Assembly: GCA_001776505.1 (NCBI GenBank)
Contig: MFBV01000044.1
Location: 1 to 38,941 of the forward strand
Reading direction: 5' to 3'
DNA length: 38,941 nt
DNA from: Candidatus Curtissbacteria bacterium RIFCSPLOWO2_02_FULL_40_11
Lineage (GTDB): Bacteria; Patescibacteriota; Microgenomatia; Curtissbacterales; GWA2-41-24
Shown here: positions 1-10,020 of the stretch, piece after piece
How positions within the stretch are numbered: the first letter of the stretch is position 1
How the letters are laid out: each line of letters starts with the position of its first letter
Position numbers and translations under genes: made by a program
The notes under the pieces: generated by a model
What the model was told of the DNA's origin: nothing
What the model saw: the letters and a program-made list of their open reading frames with translations, nothing else
The model's database searches: none

Positions 1-91
1 GAGCAACTTTGGTTCGTCTTCTGGGCATATTTCTTCTAATTGTACATTAAAATAACCTAAATTGCTATAGGTCATTTTTAGACAGAGCATG

Positions 92-1138
92 TTAGTCTAG
101 AATAAATTCTTTTACGTTTTCTGGAGTAATAACAATTTTGCTAATCTTGCCTTCTAACTTTTGTTTTGCCACTTTACGGCTGATGGCGTTTATTGTTCTA
201 TCAAGTGTTCTCATCCCTGCATCAAAACCCAAGGGTCTAACAATTTGATCCCAAGTATCGTCATCGATCGTTAATTCTTTCTCGCTAAGTCCTGAGCTAG
301 CTAATGCTCTGGGCAATAGATAATCCTTACCAATAGTTATTTTTTGCTCATCTGTATAGCTTGGCATTTCGATAAACTCTACCCTGTCAAGTACTGCTGT
401 TGCTATCCCTCTCGTGTTGTTGGCAGTTGCAATAAAAAGTATTTCTGAAAGATCAAAAGGGTAATCTATAAATTGATCAAGGAATTTGCTGTTTTGCTCC
501 GGGTCTAAAACTTCGACTAGAACTCCCATGATATCAGCCCTTGATTCATCGGTAACTCTATCAATTTCATCTAGAAGAATTACAGGATTCTTGGTTTGTA
601 CTCTTCTGAGAACTTTTATCACTTGACCTGGTTCAGAACCTGGATAAGCTCGGGCTTTACCTCTTAATTGTAAAGCGTCGCCCATACCCCCTAAAGGAAT
701 TCTGCCAAACTTTCTTCCGAGGGCTTCTGCAATCGAAATCGCCATAGTGGTTTTACCTGTCCCAACTAAACCCAAAAGTAGAATAGCTGGTGCTTTTGTT
801 CTCTCGCCTTTTTGCTCTTTTAAGACATTAACAGAAATATATTCCAGAATTCTTTCTTTTAATTCCGATAAGCCAAAATGATTTTTATCTAGAATTTTTT
901 TTGCGTTTTCTAGAGATAGTATGTCCTTAGTGCTTTTATTCCAAGGAAGATTGACGACCCAGTCAAGATATCTAGCAACAGAGTCGTATTCCTGAGAATA
1001 TCCTTGGCCAGAAGCGATGCGTGTTAGTCTATTAATCATTGCATTAACTTTTTGCTTAAGATTAGGTGGTAGCTGCGAACCAGTAAATTTTTGCTCAAGA
1101 ATTTGTATGTCTTCGAATTGGGCAGGAGGGGTATTCAT
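92..1138 (-). CDS. Lon-like AAA+ ATPase lacking the Lon protease domain
   Basis: Lon motifs YLDWVVNLPW, LDKNHFGL..LKERILEY, Walker A GLVGTGKT, ILLDEIDR, EVLDPEQN; ends after the AAA+ lid with no Ser-Lys protease domain. Confidence 0.9.
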   Translation of the reverse strand: MNTPPAQFEDIQILEQKFTGSQLPPNLKQKVNAMINRLTRIASGQGYSQEYDSVARYLDWVVNLPWNKSTKDILSLENAKKILDKNHFGLSELKERILEYISVNVLKEQKGERTKAPAILLLGLVGTGKTTMAISIAEALGRKFGRIPLGGMGDALQLRGKARAYPGSEPGQVIKVLRRVQTKNPVILLDEIDRVTDESRADIMGVLVEVLDPEQNSKFLDQFIDYPFDLSEILFIATANNTRGIATAVLDRVEFIEMPSYTDEQKITIGKDYLLPRALASSGLSEKELTIDDDTWDQIVRPLGFDAGMRTLDRTINAISRKVAKQKLEGKISKIVITPENVKEFILD

Positions 1139-2130
1139 TTCAAACTAATTAAACCAGAAAAGTTGACGTCCTTCAAAGCGAAATTTATTTCCTCTATTTC
1201 TTGTAAAACTTTTTGCAGATTTGGATTTGTCTTCAGCGTATCTTGACCGCTGATAAGACTAATAAAATTTACATCTATTTGAGCATCTTCTTTATTAATG
1301 AAGCTAAATAGGAAATTTGAATCATTATCAAAATCAAATGCAGGGAAATCTGTGCTATTTTTGGAATTTAGTGCATCAGACATACTAAAAGCCGCTTCTC
1401 TGGAGGAAGCAAATACTATCAGGTTTTCGTGTTGAAAAAAAGCAACTGTTTTATTTGTTTCTTCTTGTGTTATGTTGATAAGATGAAATGCGATATCGTT
1501 TCGAACTTCTTCTTTGTAAGAATTTTCCGCTTCGTTTGAAAAGTCGAGGTTTCTAAGACTTGTGAGGTCTATATCACTTGATTGGCTAATAACTGAATAC
1601 TCTACGTCAGTACCAAATATTATTAAATATTGCCCGTTATCAGAACCAAAATTATTTCCAAGCCAACTTGACAAACTTTCGGGGTATAAGTTTCTAGATG
1701 TTACAAAATTTAATACACTTGGAGAAAATATAGCTAGATTGTAGTCTTGAGGAACTTTGATTTTCTTTGGAGATAATTTTTGAATAAACGCATCGTGTGA
1801 AGTGTTTCCAGAGAAATTAATTATTCCATCGTTAAATGTTGGATTTATTTCTATTGGAGCTAAATAAGTAAGACTAACAGAAGAAGTACTATCAAGCGCA
1901 AATGACAGCTCTTCGATGCTGCTTTGTGGAATTTGAAGATTTTCAAGGATTTTCAAGAATTTATTTTGGTCTGTGATAGTTAAATCAAAATCTATATAAA
2001 ATCTGTTTTCAGAACTGGTTATTTTTATGAGACTTTTATTAGCGTCATTTTTTAGGAAGAAAATGAGTGAGATTATTGCTACAAATATAATTACCCAAAA
2101 CCCCAATTTTTTTTTGGGTATATGCTTCAT
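1135..2130 (-). CDS. Hypothetical protein with N-terminal membrane anchor
   Basis: 331 aa ORF, basic N-terminus then a hydrophobic helix; ATGA overlap with the Lon-like gene. Confidence 0.75.
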   Translation of the reverse strand: MKHIPKKKLGFWVIIFVAIISLIFFLKNDANKSLIKITSSENRFYIDFDLTITDQNKFLKILENLQIPQSSIEELSFALDSTSSVSLTYLAPIEINPTFNDGIINFSGNTSHDAFIQKLSPKKIKVPQDYNLAIFSPSVLNFVTSRNLYPESLSSWLGNNFGSDNGQYLIIFGTDVEYSVISQSSDIDLTSLRNLDFSNEAENSYKEEVRNDIAFHLINITQEETNKTVAFFQHENLIVFASSREAAFSMSDALNSKNSTDFPAFDFDNDSNFLFSFINKEDAQIDVNFISLISGQDTLKTNPNLQKVLQEIEEINFALKDVNFSGLISLK

Positions 2131-2132
2131 TT

Positions 2133-4340
2133 TTAGTATCTGTGCCTTGGACCTCTGTTTTTAAAATTTTTCGGGTCTGGTTTTGAGAACTTTCGATTTT
2201 GGAAATCTCTACCTCTTGTTTTGTCTTTATCTTTTCTATCTTCTCCTTCGGCGTTATTACCAAATATCATTGATAGATTAACTCTTCCCTGTTCATCAAT
2301 TTCTGCAACGCGGGTTTTTACTTTTTGCCCTACTTTAACAACGTCTTCAACCTTGTTAACCCTAAAAGGGGCTAACTTAGAAATGTGTACTAAGCCCTCT
2401 TTGCCAGGCAAAATTTCAACCATTGCTCCAAATGGTAAAATTCTTTTCACTTCACCTTCGTAGACTTCACCCACTTGAGCCTCTTTGACTATACCCTCAA
2501 TTATTTCTGCAGCCTTTTTGCAAGCATTTACATCCTTACTGCTAATTGTCACCGTACCTTCGTCGTTAATGTCAATTGCCGCTCCAGTGTTTGAGATTAT
2601 TTTATTAATTATCCTGCCTCCCGAGCCAATAACGTCTCCAATTTTACTTGGGTCAATCTTTACCAAAATTATTGTTGGGGCGTATTTAGAAACACTCCTT
2701 CTATATGTTGGAATTGTTGCAAGAATCTTATCTAAAATTTCTAGTCTCGCCTTTTTAGCTTTTGAAAGCGCTTCTTCTAATATTTTTACAGGGATACCAT
2801 CAAGTTTAATATCCATCTGGATTGCAGTAACACCATTTTTGGTTCCCGCCACTTTGAAATCCATATCACCCTGAGCATCTTCTTGGTAAGCAATATCTGT
2901 TATCGTTACATAGTTCGATTTATCTTTTTTGTCGGTAATTAAGCCGATAGAGATGCCCGCTACTGGTTCTTTAATTGGGACTCCAGCATCCATTAAAGCT
3001 AAGGTTGAACCACAAACCGCAGCCATAGAGGTTGATCCTGCTGAAGACGTGATTTCAGTCACTACACGGATTGTATAAGGAAATTTATCGTTTTCAGGAA
3101 TAACAGGCCGGATGGCTTTTTCTGCTAATGCACCATGACCAATTTCTCTCCTACCGGGTGCTCCACGTCTACTGACCTCCCCAACCGAAAATGGGGGGAA
3201 ATTATAGTGGTGCATGTATCTTTTTGTTTCCTCACCTTCCATCCCCTCGATTAATTGCTCCAATGCTGGAGATCCAAGGGTGGCTATCGAGATTGCTTGC
3301 GTTTCGCCTCTTTGAAAAATTGCCGATCCATGCGTTCTTGGTAATACCTCGACTTTTGTAGTTATGTCTCTTATTTCATCAGGTGATCGACCATCTGTTC
3401 TTTTCTTATTTATAAGGATTTTGTCTCTTAGAATATTAGCAACTTCCTCATCAAGAATGTCGGAAAGAATTTTAGAATTTAATGATTCTTCATCCTCTTT
3501 TATAAACTCAGCAGTTAATGTTTCTATTTTTTCTTCAAACCACCCTTCATCCTGGCTAGCAGTTTTGAAATCTTCCATGAAATTATCTCGAATATATTTC
3601 TTTATTTTCGACTCATTCTCCTCGCTCGCTTTTTGGGGAACATATTCGTGCTTTTTTTTGCCAGCTTCTCTTGCCATATTTTCTATTTGAGAAATAACTG
3701 TTTTCCCTTGATCGAGACCAAACTTTATTGCCTCTACTACTGACTTTTCATCAGCCTCGGTAGCTTCAGCTTCAAGCATTACAACGTTTTCTTTACTGGA
3801 AGCTAATACGATTTCTAAATCGCATAATTTTCTCTCTTCTTCAGTTGGATTCAAGATATATTCCCCATTATGTTTGCCAACACGAACTCCAGATAATGGA
3901 CCATTCCAAGGTACGTCCGAAATTGCAAGAGCTGCTGATGTGGCTATTAGCGAAACGATATCTGGATCGTTTTGCTGATCGATGGAAAGTACAGTAATTA
4001 TTACCTGAACTTCATTTTGAAAATCTTTCGGGAACAGTGGTCTTATACTTCTGTCGATTAATCTTGAAGTCAAAACTGCGGCTTCAGTTGGCCTGTTTTC
4101 GCGTTTAATAAACCGCGAGGTGGATATTTTGCCACCAGCATATAATTTCTCTTCGTAGTCTACTGAGAGCGGGAAGAAACCGATATCTGTTTTGGGGGTC
4201 TGAGTTACTACCGTAGCTAGAACTACTGTTTCTCCATAAGAGGCAAGCACAGATCCGTTCGCTTGGAGTGCTATTTCTCCGGTTTCAAGAGTAAACTTCT
4301 TGCCACCAAGATCAAATTCTTTTCTTATTTTTTTATTCAT
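2133..4340 (-). CDS. pnp: Polyribonucleotide nucleotidyltransferase (PNPase)
   Basis: FFPLSVDYEEK, RLIDRSIRPLFP, HHYNFPPFSVGE, RREIGHGALA, GDMDFKVAGT, then KH and S1 domains. Confidence 0.99.
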   Translation of the reverse strand: MNKKIRKEFDLGGKKFTLETGEIALQANGSVLASYGETVVLATVVTQTPKTDIGFFPLSVDYEEKLYAGGKISTSRFIKRENRPTEAAVLTSRLIDRSIRPLFPKDFQNEVQVIITVLSIDQQNDPDIVSLIATSAALAISDVPWNGPLSGVRVGKHNGEYILNPTEEERKLCDLEIVLASSKENVVMLEAEATEADEKSVVEAIKFGLDQGKTVISQIENMAREAGKKKHEYVPQKASEENESKIKKYIRDNFMEDFKTASQDEGWFEEKIETLTAEFIKEDEESLNSKILSDILDEEVANILRDKILINKKRTDGRSPDEIRDITTKVEVLPRTHGSAIFQRGETQAISIATLGSPALEQLIEGMEGEETKRYMHHYNFPPFSVGEVSRRGAPGRREIGHGALAEKAIRPVIPENDKFPYTIRVVTEITSSAGSTSMAAVCGSTLALMDAGVPIKEPVAGISIGLITDKKDKSNYVTITDIAYQEDAQGDMDFKVAGTKNGVTAIQMDIKLDGIPVKILEEALSKAKKARLEILDKILATIPTYRRSVSKYAPTIILVKIDPSKIGDVIGSGGRIINKIISNTGAAIDINDEGTVTISSKDVNACKKAAEIIEGIVKEAQVGEVYEGEVKRILPFGAMVEILPGKEGLVHISKLAPFRVNKVEDVVKVGQKVKTRVAEIDEQGRVNLSMIFGNNAEGEDRKDKDKTRGRDFQNRKFSKPDPKNFKNRGPRHRY

Positions 4341-4342
4341 AT

Positions 4343-4440
4343 GTTAGAAAACTTAGATGAGGTAATGAGGAGTTAGAAATCGGAAAGTGAGAATCATAAA
4401 TGGTTCTTACTTCTCAACTTCCAACAACTCTTACCTAATC
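4343..4440. repeat. Inverted pair of degenerate 7-nt-period arrays in the pnp leader
   Basis: Purine arm (gaggtaatgaggagttagaaatcggaaagtgagaa) faces a pyrimidine arm (ttcttacttctcaacttccaacaactcttacc). Confidence 0.6.
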
Positions 4441-4477
4441 CTTAGTTATTTACCTCGTTATTATACTACAAACTTCC

Positions 4478-4494
4478 GAGGACTAAAAGTCCTC
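4478..4494. repeat. Short hairpin GAGGACT-AAA-AGTCCTC (possible terminator or repeat)
   Basis: Perfect 7-bp stem downstream of rpsO and its tail copies. Confidence 0.5.
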
Positions 4495-4498
4495 AGCT

Positions 4499-4536
4499 TT
4501 ATTTCTAGGTTAATCCCAACTTGTCATAATGTCTTT
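4499..4536 (-). pseudogene. rpsO: Second displaced rpsO 3'-end copy (decayed)
   Basis: AAA GAC ATT AT- GAC AAG TTG GGA TTA = KDI(I)DKLGL with a 1-nt deletion. Confidence 0.75.
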
Positions 4537-4569
4537 TAGACCGCTCGCGTTCGCAAGGACATTACCTTA

Positions 4570-4605
4570 TTACTTAGGTAAACCCAATTTATCTATTATA
4601 TCCTT
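4570..4605 (-). pseudogene. rpsO: First displaced rpsO 3'-end copy
   Basis: AAG GAT ATA ATA GAT AAA TTG GGT TTA CCT AAG TAA = [11 protein letters not shown], identical peptide to the rpsO end with 9 synonymous nt differences. Confidence 0.92.
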
Positions 4606-4673
4606 TATTAAGAACGGCGCACTATTGAAACAACGATTTCAATAGTAGTGTAGTCCTTAGCAAAGATATTATT
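4606..4673 (-). other. Structured spacer (attC-like hairpin) between active and displaced rpsO ends
   Basis: AATAATATCTTT-GC-..AAGGAC..ACTATTGAAA-TCGTTG-TTTCAATAGT..GTTCTT..TA; homologous to the spacer after rpsT. Confidence 0.7.
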
Positions 4674-4938
4674 TCGGCAAGCCTAGTTTATCAATAATAT
4701 CTTTATATCTTTCTGGCGCTTTTCTCGTTAAAAAATGAAGGAGTCGGCGCCTTTTATTGATCATTGATAGGAGGCCTCTCCTAGAGTGATTATCATGAGA
4801 GTGATTTTTTAGGTGATCTGCAACATTGCCAATTCTCTGAGAAAGAAGTGCTACCTGAACTTCTGGAGAACCGGTATCACCCTCGTGAGTTTTAAACTTG
4901 TCGATTACCTGTTTTTTTGCAGTCGATTTTGTAGCCAT
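4669..4938 (-). CDS. rpsO: 30S ribosomal protein S15
   Basis: [24 protein letters not shown]. Confidence 0.99.
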   Translation of the reverse strand: MATKSTAKKQVIDKFKTHEGDTGSPEVQVALLSQRIGNVADHLKNHSHDNHSRRGLLSMINKRRRLLHFLTRKAPERYKDIIDKLGLPK

Positions 4939-4964
4939 TTTGATAGGGGCTTAGTATATAGAAA

Positions 4965-6008
4965 TTATGATTCTCTGTCAAAAGATTTAGATCCTCGATA
5001 GACTTTAGGCGGTTTTAACCACGCTTTTTTAGAAGCTTCTTTTGATTCCACATCTTCAATAGGTATTGTAGATTGCTCTTCAGTGTATAAAGGATTATTG
5101 GGCCCTTGAATTGACGGGATAGTTGGTGATTTTACTCTTTGGATTCTATCCATGTTTGGTGATTGTGTCTGTTGGTAATTAATCCCGGATATTCTGTCTA
5201 TTTTAATATCTCGTTGCTTGAAGATTTTATCGTACGTATGTCTGCTTGCTAAATTCACCTCTCTAGACTCGCTGGCGAGGCTGGCTCTACCTGCTCCTAA
5301 TTGTAATAAATGCTTTGCTACCTCTAATGTTGAAGGCGCTGTAGATTTTGGGGAAAACATTTGGGTAGTTAATTTTATTCCAGAATATAAATTGAAAGAT
5401 ATATCTTCATCGAACGGCAGCGCAAGATCAGTAATAATTCTTGTGGTCAACTCGCTAATAGTCGCTGCTTCTGGATCATCGAGTTCAATTTGTGCAAATT
5501 TCTCGGGTGGTTTGTTTTTATTAATAGACATGATCCACTTAGTTGAACTATTAATTTGCTCACGAGTAATTTCATTATTCATTTCTCCTGCTGAACTGAA
5601 CCCAATCGCGATAACCGTGTCTGGGTAAGAAACACTTTTGTCCAGAGAAATACTATCTTCAGAAATTCCTTCTGCACCCGCAAGTGCGTGTACCTTAATT
5701 TTTAATTCATCACCTTCCAGGTTGTAAGTTACTTTATCCACTGTATTGATTGCATTGTTAATTACTATAACTAAGTCTTCTTTCCCTTGTAGTTTGCCGA
5801 TTTTATCCACACCATATAAGTTGTTCGCATCGTTAACTGTAGGTTCACTTGCTATTACATTTGCATTTTTACCTGTTTTTTTTATCGACAGATAAAGTGC
5901 AAGTCCAGATGCAAGACCGTCAAAACCGCTTTTTTTTGAAACAGCTATCAATATAGTTTGGGAATTAGAAAGTTTTTCAAGTATTTGTTTTTTTTGGAAA
6001 TCTTCCAT
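4965..6008 (-). CDS. DHH/NrnA-like phosphoesterase-fold protein (degenerate active site)
   Basis: DGLASGLALY, ATISEL and LYSGI..T..F motifs; no DHH triad; low-complexity C-terminus. Confidence 0.65.
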   Translation of the reverse strand: MEDFQKKQILEKLSNSQTILIAVSKKSGFDGLASGLALYLSIKKTGKNANVIASEPTVNDANNLYGVDKIGKLQGKEDLVIVINNAINTVDKVTYNLEGDELKIKVHALAGAEGISEDSISLDKSVSYPDTVIAIGFSSAGEMNNEITREQINSSTKWIMSINKNKPPEKFAQIELDDPEAATISELTTRIITDLALPFDEDISFNLYSGIKLTTQMFSPKSTAPSTLEVAKHLLQLGAGRASLASESREVNLASRHTYDKIFKQRDIKIDRISGINYQQTQSPNMDRIQRVKSPTIPSIQGPNNPLYTEEQSTIPIEDVESKEASKKAWLKPPKVYRGSKSFDRES

Positions 6009-6066
6009 GTTATTGAGTAATCAATTTATCCAGAAAATATTTTGATTTATTAGCAAGGATACAATT

Positions 6067-7500
6067 TTAACCCAATGATTCTATAATATCTCCTTCTAGG
6101 AAGTCAAGATTATTTTTGAAAGCTACACCGCATTCTTGGCCTGCTTCCACAGATTTTACTTCTTTTCTGAATTTTTTTAGTGACAAAATTTCCGACTCTA
6201 TACCTTTTCCATTTTCTTTTCTCAAAATAATTTTATCACCTGCAGATATCTTACCGTTTGTAACCTTAGATCCGGCTATTTTAATGCCTTCAACATCAAA
6301 AGTCGCTACTATTTGCGCTTTACCTTTAATTTTTATTTCATGCTTTGTTTCTTCGAAACTTTTCGCTATTTCTTCTAAATCAGCTATTAATTTATAAATT
6401 ACTTCATAATTTCGGATTACGACATGTTCTTGGTCTGCTTGTTTAGCAACAGAATTTAGTACCTTGGTATTGAAAGCAATAATTGGAGCCTTAGCTCCTT
6501 TTGCGAAATTTACGTCTGTAGATTGAACATCTCCGACAGCTGACGAAATAATTAAAACTTTTTCAGGTAAATTTTCCTTTATTGCCTCAAGAGATCCCAA
6601 AACATCTGCTTTTACTATAATCTTAAATTTATCCTTGGCTTCAAGTGCTTTCGCAATAATATCTGAGTGGGATGCAGCTTGTTGATCGCTTTCATCTTTG
6701 GTTTTTATAGTTTGACGGACAATACTCCCAACTTCTAAAGTGTTCTTAAATCCTAATATTTCTACAGGTTTCGAAGGAAAAGCCTCATTAATATTCTTTC
6801 CAATGTCATCTATCAGGGCTTTTACTTTGATAGTTTCATTGTCTACTTGAATCTTTTGACCTACAGATAAAGTGCCTTTTTTGACAATGACACTGACTAT
6901 TGCACCACGATGTTTGTCTAGAAAGGATTCCACAACTACAGCATCAAGAGGATCTTTCGGCAGCGATTCTTGGGGAGAAATTTGCCAAACAAGTTGAATA
7001 ACTTCCAGAAGTTCATCTATTCCTTTATTTTTTGTGGCTGCAACATCTACAAAAGGAACATCGCCACCGTAACTTTCTGCAACTATTTCCTCTTTCTGTA
7101 AATCCTTTTTTACTTTCTCAATATTTATATCCGGAAGATCTGTCTTTGAAATTGCTACTATTGTTGGCACATTAGCCTTTTTTATATGTTTAATTGCCTC
7201 TACTGTTTGGGGTTTAACACCGTCATTGGCAGCAACAACCAGTATGGCAATATCTGCAACTTCTGCTCCTCTTGAGCGCATTTTTTCAAAAGCAGCATGG
7301 CCAGGAGTATCTATAAAAGTTATGTAATTTTCTTGAAATTTAACTTGGTATGCACCTATGTGCTGAGTTATGCCGCCATGCTCTTTGGCAACTACGTTAG
7401 TTTTACGGATCGCGTCTAGAAGCGTGGTTTTCCCATGATCGACGTGTCCTAAAATAGCCACCACCGGCGGACGAATATTGTTTTTGGTATCTTTTTTCAT
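6067..7500 (-). CDS. infB: Translation initiation factor IF-2 (short form, no N-terminal domain)
   Basis: RPPVVAILGHVDHGKTTLLD, GGITQHIGAY, DTPGHAAF, KADVLGSLEA. Confidence 0.98.
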   Translation of the reverse strand: MKKDTKNNIRPPVVAILGHVDHGKTTLLDAIRKTNVVAKEHGGITQHIGAYQVKFQENYITFIDTPGHAAFEKMRSRGAEVADIAILVVAANDGVKPQTVEAIKHIKKANVPTIVAISKTDLPDINIEKVKKDLQKEEIVAESYGGDVPFVDVAATKNKGIDELLEVIQLVWQISPQESLPKDPLDAVVVESFLDKHRGAIVSVIVKKGTLSVGQKIQVDNETIKVKALIDDIGKNINEAFPSKPVEILGFKNTLEVGSIVRQTIKTKDESDQQAASHSDIIAKALEAKDKFKIIVKADVLGSLEAIKENLPEKVLIISSAVGDVQSTDVNFAKGAKAPIIAFNTKVLNSVAKQADQEHVVIRNYEVIYKLIADLEEIAKSFEETKHEIKIKGKAQIVATFDVEGIKIAGSKVTNGKISAGDKIILRKENGKGIESEILSLKKFRKEVKSVEAGQECGVAFKNNLDFLEGDIIESLG

Positions 7501-7531
7501 TTTTTAAAGTTTCCAGCAACGACGGTTTCAT

Positions 7532-8878
7532 TTATTTGCTGTCGTCACTAGTAGACGGCGAATCGGCAGACCGAATGTTTTTCTCTTTTCCTTGTTGCTC
7601 TAGATCTGGTGTTTCTGTTTTGATTTCTTCTGCAACTCTTTGAGCTTCTTTTTCTTCCTTTTTTTCTTCTTTATCAGCAATGAGAGGCTCTTCGTCATCA
7701 GCAGGTGGCTTAGGCACGGATTGATTATCTTTGGTTTTAGACTTACTAGATTGAGTTAGTTTACTTGTTTGGGCCATTTCCTGGCCTTTTCCCTCTTTTT
7801 TTTCTGCTGTTCCTTTTTCCTGTGATACTTGTGACCCATCTGATACTTTTTGTAATTTTAATACCTTCTCTTCTACACCTAGAGCCTTTTTAGCTTCTTC
7901 TTGAGCTGCTTTTTCTTTTGCCTCGACCTCCTTTGGTGTTCCACTTTTGCCTCGGATATCAATTTTATAACCAGTCAATTTAGCGGCAAGCCTGACATTT
8001 TGGCCTTCTTTGCCTATAGCAAGAGATAATTGATCATCAGGTGCAGTAACTTCGGCAGTTTTTTCTTTCTCATTAACCTTTACTTGAAGATCTTTAGCAG
8101 GAGACAGGGCGGCCCGTATAAACTCAACCGGCTCCTCTTGGTATGCGATTACATCAATTTTTTCGTCGCCAAGTTCGTTTATAACCGCTTGGACTCGAAC
8201 ACCTTTTTGTCCTACACAGGAACCAACAGGATCTACTCCCATCTGATCAGAAAAAACAGCCATCTTAGAACGTGACCCTGCTTCTCTAGCAGTCTTTTTA
8301 ATATCAACTGTGCCAGAATTAACTTCAGGGACTTCCTGTTTGAAAAGCCCCTCGAGTAAGCCGTTGGCTGATCTGGAAACAATTATCTCTTCACCTCGAG
8401 TGCCTTCTTTTATTCCCACAACAAAAAACTTAAGGCGTTGATTAACAAAATATTTTTCTTGAGCTTGTTCTTGTGGGGGCATAATTCCCTCTGCTTTGCC
8501 CAAGTTTACTGTTATGACTGGGCCGGAAATTCGCTGGATCATCCCTGAAACAATCGTTTCAATTTTGGAAGAATACTCATCCAGAATCGCATTTTTTTCT
8601 GCCTCGCGGATTCTTTGCAAAATAACTTGTTTCGCGGTTTGCGCCGCAATTCTTCCAAATCCCGGTGGTGTCATATTTTTCTTATTTTTAGAAAGTAAAA
8701 CTTCCCCGGTTTCTTCATTTAGATGTACTTCAATCCCTTCAGGTTCACTATAATCTTTACGGTAAGCTGCCAAAATTGCCTGCTTTATTGAATCAATAAC
8801 TACTGCAGGCTCCAAACCACGTTCGGAACAAACTTGGTTTAGCGCACTTGCAAATTCGGTTCTAGCTTGGATTGCCAT
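7532..8878 (-). CDS. nusA: Transcription termination factor NusA with long charged C-terminal tail
   Basis: FGRIAAQTAKQVI, DPVGSCVG, LSLAIGKEGQNVRLAAKLTG. Confidence 0.98.
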   Translation of the reverse strand: MAIQARTEFASALNQVCSERGLEPAVVIDSIKQAILAAYRKDYSEPEGIEVHLNEETGEVLLSKNKKNMTPPGFGRIAAQTAKQVILQRIREAEKNAILDEYSSKIETIVSGMIQRISGPVITVNLGKAEGIMPPQEQAQEKYFVNQRLKFFVVGIKEGTRGEEIIVSRSANGLLEGLFKQEVPEVNSGTVDIKKTAREAGSRSKMAVFSDQMGVDPVGSCVGQKGVRVQAVINELGDEKIDVIAYQEEPVEFIRAALSPAKDLQVKVNEKEKTAEVTAPDDQLSLAIGKEGQNVRLAAKLTGYKIDIRGKSGTPKEVEAKEKAAQEEAKKALGVEEKVLKLQKVSDGSQVSQEKGTAEKKEGKGQEMAQTSKLTQSSKSKTKDNQSVPKPPADDEEPLIADKEEKKEEKEAQRVAEEIKTETPDLEQQGKEKNIRSADSPSTSDDSK

Positions 8879-8916
8879 TTTTTACACTTCCTTAAATTAT
8901 TATTTACAAAGTTTTG

Positions 8917-8952
8917 AAAATAAAAGGCGCTTAAAGCACCCTACCTTTCTTC
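8917..8952 (-). promoter_or_regulatory. Leader hairpin upstream of nusA (possible attenuator)
   Basis: GGGTGCT-TTA-AGCGCCT stem followed by TTTATTTT in the nusA 5' region. Confidence 0.35.
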
Positions 8953-9018
8953 TCTAAATTGTTGAGCTAATTTTGTAGTGGAAGTTTAGCAAAATAGGTT
9001 AAATGAGTCAACTTAACA

Positions 9019-9882
9019 TCAAGAATTTTCGAGTTCTTCGAGGAGTTTCTTTTGCTCTCGGGAAAGTTTAGAAGGAACGTAGATACGGATAATCACATAG
9101 TGATCACCGTGTTGATTGCTGGAAACGTGTTTGATGCCTTTGCCTCGCAGGCGAATTTGAGTTCCCGGTTGAGTTCCTGATGGTATTTTTATTTTTACAG
9201 ATCCATCTATGGTGTTTATTTCTTCTACTGATCCCAGCGCGGCTTTGGAAAATGATATTTCATGTTCACTCACTATATCGTATCCCCTTCTTTTAAATTT
9301 AGAGTGAGTAGAAACTTGGCAAACTATAATATAGTTCGAAAATTTAATCTCCGAACCATCGTCAACACCTGCGGGGATTTTAATTTTTTGGCGATTGCCT
9401 TCAATCTCTATAGTCTTTTGAGTGCCAAGGACTGCTTCCATAAAATCAAGATTAATAACGTAGCGGGGCAGTCTGGCTTGCCTGCCAAAAGGGGATTGAC
9501 CTCCAAAAAACGCTTCAAAAATATCAAACGGGTCGGCAAAACCTCCAAAATCTTGCCCACCTTGACCGCCACTAGATGACCATGTGTACGTTCTAAAACC
9601 TCCACCGAATGGATTTCCTCCATGACCAGAACCTGCTCCACCAAATCCTCCACCACCTTGTTCGAATGCACCGTGACCGAATTGGTCATAAGCACTCTTT
9701 TTTTGAGGATCGGAAAGAACTTGATATGCTTCGTTTATTTCTTTGAATTTTTTTTCAGCATCTGGAGATTTATCAACGTCGGGGTGATGTTTCCGGGCTT
9801 TTTGGCGATAGGCGCTTTTTATTTCAGCGTCGGTAGCGTTTTTGGAAACACTAAGGACCTGATAGTAGTCTGTTTTCGCCAT
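9019..9882 (-). CDS. dnaJ: DnaJ-family co-chaperone without Zn finger (class B)
   Basis: J domain with HPD, G/F region, C-terminal KIPSGTQPG..RLRGKG; no CxxCxGxG repeats. Confidence 0.9.
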   Translation of the reverse strand: MAKTDYYQVLSVSKNATDAEIKSAYRQKARKHHPDVDKSPDAEKKFKEINEAYQVLSDPQKKSAYDQFGHGAFEQGGGGFGGAGSGHGGNPFGGGFRTYTWSSSGGQGGQDFGGFADPFDIFEAFFGGQSPFGRQARLPRYVINLDFMEAVLGTQKTIEIEGNRQKIKIPAGVDDGSEIKFSNYIIVCQVSTHSKFKRRGYDIVSEHEISFSKAALGSVEEINTIDGSVKIKIPSGTQPGTQIRLRGKGIKHVSSNQHGDHYVIIRIYVPSKLSREQKKLLEELENS

Positions 9883-9883
9883 G

Positions 9884-10020
9884 ATTTTAAATTTCTAATT
9901 TCTAATTGCACTAATTATTCTAATCAATTCATTAAATGTCAAAGTCACAAAAGTAATTATAATTTAAAATTAATTTCATTGGGATTTATTTAGATCAATT
10001 AGGTGAATTAGGTTAATTAG
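9884..10020. repeat. AT-rich 7-9-nt periodic inverted arrays
   Basis: aatttct aatttct aattgcact aattattct ... aattaggtg aattaggtt aattag. Confidence 0.55.

Noticed and set aside
1-90. Start of a minus-strand gene running off the window (MPRRRTKVA from 28, or a longer frame from 90)
   Set aside because: Too little sequence to choose a frame or assign a product.
4499-4673. CRISPR-like reading of the repeat/spacer pattern after rpsO
   Set aside because: Repeats are conserved as peptide rather than nucleotide, spacers are the structured part, and no cas genes are present.
7532-7950. NusA C-terminal extension as an insertion element
   Set aside because: Low-complexity charged tail with no palindrome or duplication detected.
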